From NCBI GenBank assembly GCA_964016885.1, contig CAXHJY010001051.1, forward strand, positions 1-64,000: 64,000 nucleotides of DNA, given 5' to 3'. This stretch comes from Eledone cirrhosa. Its lineage: Eukaryota. A model generated the notes under the pieces. The model worked only from the letters and a program-made list of their open reading frames with translations, searched no databases and had not been told where the DNA came from. The translations under genes and the position numbers were made by a program. Shown piece by piece: positions 58,481 through 64,000 of this stretch. Position 1 is the stretch's first letter, and each line of letters starts with the position of its first letter.

Positions 58481-59763
58481 TTATATATATGCATATATAT
58501 ATATATATATATATACTTATATATATGCATATATATACTTATATATATGCATATATATAGACATATATACATATATATATATATGTATATAGACACACAC
58601 ACAACACCTACCCCCGCTAGTTTTCAAGATGGACGTTAAACGTTATTGATGATATATATATGTATATGTGTCTCTATATAAATTTATATATTTACACGTA
58701 CACATTTATACATATAAATAAAGGATATATATTTAACTATAGATAGATATATGTAGGTATGTATATATATATATATATATATAATATATATACATGTTTA
58801 TGTATGTATATACATATATATATGTATATATAAATATGTATGTAAATACAGACAGGCAGATGTCCCTCACTTTCTCTTAGTTTATTGCTATTCTAACTTT
58901 CTGTCTACACAGATAAGCTGTTCTTTCCTCCTTTCTTATTTTCCGAAGAAAGACATAGTCCGAAACGTCAACATTTACTCTTCTCGCCTCTATGTGTCAA
59001 ACTAATAACTTTAATGTTTATCATATCCGGTTTTGTTATTGCTGCAAACGTATTTATATGTGGATATGGCGCATGTCTCTCAGACATGACAACCCTTAAT
59101 TTTAATTTTGGATATATATACGGCCCCTTGATTGTTGAGCTAATTCAGTTGAATAGGCTCGGCTGCTATTTCTGGCTGTCGATGGTCCTATTCACGCCAC
59201 TGGGATGACGTTGTTCAGCGAGTGTATTTTTTAGGAAATGCAACACGTGGTTCAAATCATTCACAGATTTGCATTTGCTTTGTAAACACAGATGGTTATT
59301 TTTCTTCTCATTTGGTGAACATCCAAGAATTTAACTGCTGTGATTTACGGATTAATAGGTGAAATATATTTCTTACTTAAAGAAATATATACAAAGGAGA
59401 TTAATCATTTTAAAAGGTATCTATATTTGAAGTTCTAGTCAAACTTTAATTAGTTACCTACCTAGCTATGTGAGCCTACATTCTTTACAAACTATTCCCT
59501 GTGATTGTTTCATGTATTTATTTTATATATATATATGTCAATCTATTTCTAGTTGATATGTAATGCTCGGATCTAATCTTTGAGCTTATTCTACGGTGGA
59601 TATGGCGCATGTCTCTCAGACACGACAACCCTTAATTTTAATTTTGGATATATATATATATCATCATCATCATCATTTTACGTCTGCTTTTCCCTGCTTG
59701 CAAGGGTTATATATTATTTAAAATATTAACAAATGAAGATATTCACATAATCAAAATACATGC

Positions 59764-59826
59764 TTTATCATATATATTTCGAAGGTACTGTTTTGTTTTC
59801 AGTACGTCCTCGTCAGATAAAATATA
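59764..59826 (-). ncRNA. Hammerhead motif of the same family as 27078-27147, with a mutated cleavage triplet
   Basis: The minus strand reads ATATTTTAT-CTGACGA-GGACGTACTG-loop-CAGTACCTTC-GAAA-TATATATG-ATAAAG. The cleavage position is G, which is non-cleavable in canonical hammerheads. Confidence 0.6.
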
Positions 59827-60344
59827 TGATTTGATATATGACATACCGCTACAGTCTTGATATTTCAATTCCAGTATTGGCAGTGATTTATTTCATCAAA
59901 TCTCAACATTTATATACCACAAATAATATGATAAACATAAATATATATATGGTATGTGTATGAGCATTTCTTCTAACTTTAATTTTATACCTAATTGTGT
60001 ATGGTTGATGGTATATTTAAACGATTTCCACGTGCTGTTGAGATGTTGGGTAAATATTCTATGGCGGTTGGCTGCGAAGAGATTGCTGTCGTTTATTTAT
60101 CTATTGTTTCTTCATAGGTGCCTTTTAATCTTATAGCCTGGTCTAATTGATTTTTTGTGTGGTTAATTATGCTAATTGGGAGAGGAAATGGTGTATATAT
60201 CTTATCAAATGATTCTATGGACATACTTTACAGTATATATATATATAATTAGATAGATATAGATAAATAGATAGGTGGTAGTTGTGTATATTGATTATGC
60301 GTGTGATGAAGTGTGTAGTGATGTATGTGATATTTATGTGTTGA

Positions 60345-60988
60345 TATGGTGTAGTTGTGTCTGTGGAGAGGAAGCTAACGGTGGAGTGGTGATATGGTGA
60401 AGTGTTAAATATATACACCAGCAAGGGATGGTAGATGTGGTGTAGCTGTGTCTGTGGAGAGGAAACTAACGGTGGAGTGGTGATATGGTGAAGTGTTAAA
60501 TATATACTGCAGCAAGAGATGGTAGATGTGGTGTAGTTGTGTCTGTGGAGAGGAAGCTAACGGTGGAGTGGTGATATGGTGAAGTGCTAAATATATACTG
60601 CAGCAAGAGATGGTTGATGCGGTGTAGTTGTGTCTGTGGAGAGGAAGCTAATGGTGGAGTGGTGATATGGTGAAGTGCTAAATATATACACCAGCAAGGG
60701 ATGGTAGATGTGGTGTAGTTGTGTCTGTGGAGAGGAAGCTAACGGTGGAGTGGTGATATGGTGAAGTGTTAAATATATACACCAGCAAGGGATGGTAGAT
60801 GTGGTGTAGTTGTGTCTGTGGAGAGGAAGCTAGCGGTGTATTAAATATATATATAGCACTAAGGAGTGGTAGATGCAGTGTGACTATGTCTGTGGAGAGG
60901 AAGCTAGCGGTGTATTAAATATATATATAGCACTAAGGAGTGGTAGATGAGGTGTGACTATGTCTGTGGAGAGGAAGCTAGCGGTGAT
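60345..60988. repeat. 91-bp tandem repeat (5+ units) changing to a 74-bp variant (2 units)
   Basis: GGTGTAG at 60348, 60439, 60530, 60621, 60712 and 60803; GTCTGTGG at 60814, 60888 and 60962. Confidence 0.92.
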
Positions 60989-62051
60989 GAGGTGGTTGCT
61001 AGTTTTATTTTTTCTACTTAATTGTTCATCAAATGACTTTTACTAATGACCAAAGAGTAGAATCAATAATTAATCATTCATTTTCTTCAATTTATTATTA
61101 TTATTATTATTATTACTATCACCATCATCATCATCATCCTAATCATCACCACCACCATCATTACCACCATCACCATCATCCTAATCCCCATCGCCACCAC
61201 CATCATCCTAATCCCCATCACCACCACCATCATCACCATGCTAATCCCCATCACCATCAACACCACCATCATCATCATCAACCTGATCACCACCATCACC
61301 ATCATAACTACCATTATCATCATCATCACCATCATAATCCTTGTTGTTGTTTATATATTAATTTATTAATATATACTTTATTTATTTCCAATATTCATTC
61401 TGAAAATTGTATTTTTTGAGGTGTTTATTTTTATAGTGATGGGGGGTAGGGGAGGGGGGTAGTGATGGGGGCAGTGATGGGGGGGGTGAAGGTGGTGGTG
61501 GTGGCTACCGTTGGTGTTGTTGTTGCTATTTTTGTTGTTGACTTTTTTTCTGCTTTAGAGAGCGTGGAAATGAATTTATAATTTCATTGTAAACATTTCA
61601 ATTATTCTTTGTTGTGGTTGTTGTTGCTGTTGTTGTGGTCTTTGTTCTTGTTGTGGTCTTTGTTGCTGTTGTTGTTGTTGTGGTCGTTGTTGCTGTTGAT
61701 GTTCATGTTATTGATGCTGTTGTTGTTATTATTGCTGCTGTTGATGATGTTGGTGCACATGTTGTTGTTGGTGGTGCTGTTGTTGTTGATGCTGTTGTTA
61801 TTGTTGTTGGTGATGCTGTTGTTACTGCTGCTGTTGATGATGTCCATGTTGCTGCTGTTGTTGTGTTTTTCTTTTCTCTTTCACAAGAAAGTTTTTACCA
61901 AAACATCTTTGATTTGATTTTAGTTTATGTTTCTCTCTTTGGGTTTGTGTTGCCTTCCATTGTTACAGTACAAGGAGAGGTGGGAGTCACCAGTTTTATA
62001 ATGTATAGATAATGTAAGGCTGGGGGAGAGATTGTGAGAGGGGGAGAGATT

Positions 62052-62732
62052 AGTAAAGTCTTTACCTCACATTTACATTACTCTATATTTACTATTGTAT
62101 TTTCACAGTAAAGGCTTTACCTCACATAATATCTCACATAACATTTACATTACTCTATATATACTATTGTATTTTCGCAGTAAAGGCTTTACCTCACATA
62201 ATATCTCACATAACATTGACATTACTCTATATATACTATTGTATTTTCACAGTAAAGTCTTTACCTCACATAATATCTCACATAACATTTACATTACTCT
62301 ATATATACTATTGTATTTTCACAGTAAAGTCTTTACCTCACATAATATCTCACATAACATTTACATTACTCTATATATACTATTGTATTTTCACAGTAAA
62401 GTCTTTACCTCACATAATATCTCACATAACAATTACATTACTCTATATAATGTGGTTGGTGTTAGGAAGGGCATCCAACCATAGAAAACCTGCCAGATAG
62501 TCCTATACGAGTGTGACACGATCACCCGACCAATCTTACCTCAAATGGGACAATTCCTGTCTAACCCATGCTAGCGTGGAAGACAGACGTTAAACGATGA
62601 TGATGATGATGATGATGATACTATTGTATTTTCACAGTAAAGGTTTACCTCACATAACATTTACATTACTCTATATATACTATTGTATTTTCACAGTAAA
62701 GTCTTTACCTTACATAATTATCTCACATAATA
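62052..62732. repeat. 72-bp tandem repeat interrupted by an RTE-tailed insertion (62449-62618)
   Basis: CAGTAAAG at 62106, 62178, 62250, 62322 and 62394. The array resumes after (GAT)n at 62619. Confidence 0.92.
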
Positions 62733-62904
62733 TCGAATCTATGAGATTTTGATATTATCTATTTTGAGAACAATACCTTAACATCAGTATGAGTGGACAG
62801 TTACAGCCGGTTTGAACAGAAAGAGGTGAGAGAATTCTGGTCGGATATGGCCAGTTTAAATGCTAAAGGGGTTGATAAAATAAAATACCAGTAAAATACA
62901 GAGT

Positions 62905-63232
62905 ACCCGACCTCCCATGGGTACAAGCTGAAGCATATAGACAATATGCCCCCACACCCCCCACCTCAACGTGGTCGTGGAGGTGCGACGGCAAAAACAC
63001 ATCCAGCCCACACTGTAAAGTGGACGTGTAGGCGCCACGAAAAAGCACCCAGCACTCACTGTAAATGAGGTTGGTGTTAGGAAGGGCATCCAGCTGTAGA
63101 AATCAAGCCAAATCAGTTCCTGTATGAGCAAGGCATGGTCAGCCGACCGGACACTGCCCACGATAGGACAACCCGTCTAACCCATGCTAGCGTGGAAGAA
63201 CGGACGTAAAACGGTGATGATGATGATGATGA
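62905..63232 (+). mobile_element. RTE-tailed SINE/LINE 3' fragment
   Basis: GGTTGGTGTTAGGAAGGGCATCC...ACCCATGCTAGCGTGGAAG.ACGGACGT.AAAC(GAT)n. Short related tails are at 51463-51515, 58607-58655 and 59661-59708 (minus). Confidence 0.75.
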
Positions 63233-63364
63233 AGGATATCAACCAAATGAAGGACTAACTAGACAACAACAAGGTACCTCACATGTATTAATTCTTTATT
63301 CAGTTCCTTTCTTTCTTCCTTCCACCTTTCCTTCATTTCATATTTAGACTTCTGTTATTTCTGC

Positions 63365-64000
63365 TGTTGTTTTTAATGGTGGTGGTGCTATATTTAATGG
63401 TAGTGTTGATGTTTTTAATGGTAGTGGTGCTGGTGTTGCTTTTAATTGTGGTGGAGCGGTTGTTAATGGTACTGGTGCTGATTTTAATGGAGGTACTGGT
63501 GTTGTTTTTAGTGGAGGTGCTGGTGTTGTTTTTTAATGGTCGCAGTGTTGCAGCTGTCGTTTTTTGATGGTAGTGGTGCTGTTATTTTTAATGGCCGGTG
63601 AAGCAGTTTTTTTTTATTAATTGTGTTGTTACTGTTCTTTTTAATGGTGGTGTTGCTGTTGTTTTTAATTGTGGTGGTGGTGGTGGTGCTGCTGTTGTTT
63701 TTAATGGTGTTGCTGTTGTTTTTAATTGTGGTGGTGGTGTTGCTGTTGTTTTTAATGGTGGTGTTGCTGTTTTTAATTGTGGCGGTGCTGTTGTTTTTAA
63801 TTGTGGTGGTGGTGGTGCTGTTTTTAATGGTGGTGTTGCTGTTGTTTTTAATTGTGGTGTTGCTGTTTTTAATGGTGGTGTTGCTGTTGTTTTTAATTGT
63901 GGTGGTGGTGGTGCTGTTTTTAATGGTGGTGTTGCTGTTGTTTTTAATGGTGGTGTTGCTGTTGCTTTTAATTGTGGTGGTGGTGGTGGTGCTGTTGTTT
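63365..64000. repeat. ~25-bp minisatellite (TTTTTAATKGTGGTGGTGTTGCTGTTG)
   Basis: Tandem to the window end. Confidence 0.9.

Noticed and set aside
62835-62875. piggyBac-like terminus (TGCTAAAGGGGTTGA; similar AAATGGGTTAA at ~489)
   Set aside because: No matching opposite terminus was found nearby, and TTAA is not intact at the 62.9-kb site.

Overview
This is AT-rich, microsatellite-saturated eukaryotic non-coding DNA. The SINE and repeat content resembles an octopus/cephalopod genome, which is an inference from remembered repeat motifs. I found no intact protein-coding gene: nearly every ORF in the track is a translation of (TA)n, (CA)n, (GA)n or triplet repeats. The supportable content is as follows. 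(1) Many tRNA-headed SINE copies, several with target-site duplications (TSDs). (2) 3' ends of RTE-type elements and one decayed RTE-like ORF fragment. (3) Two decayed fragments of a CRE-like non-LTR retrotransposon carrying a restriction-like endonuclease (RLE), at 54.4-54.6 kb and 11.2-11.4 kb. They encode consecutive protein segments, and each abuts a tandem array (68 bp and 123 bp units). (4) A dense set of short elements inserted in (TA)n tracts. These carry minimal hammerhead-ribozyme motifs and/or an asymmetric fold-back architecture typical of Penelope-like elements (PLEs); one has a tRNA-like head. (5) A clean non-autonomous Helitron, a Tc1/mariner-like MITE and numerous minisatellites.
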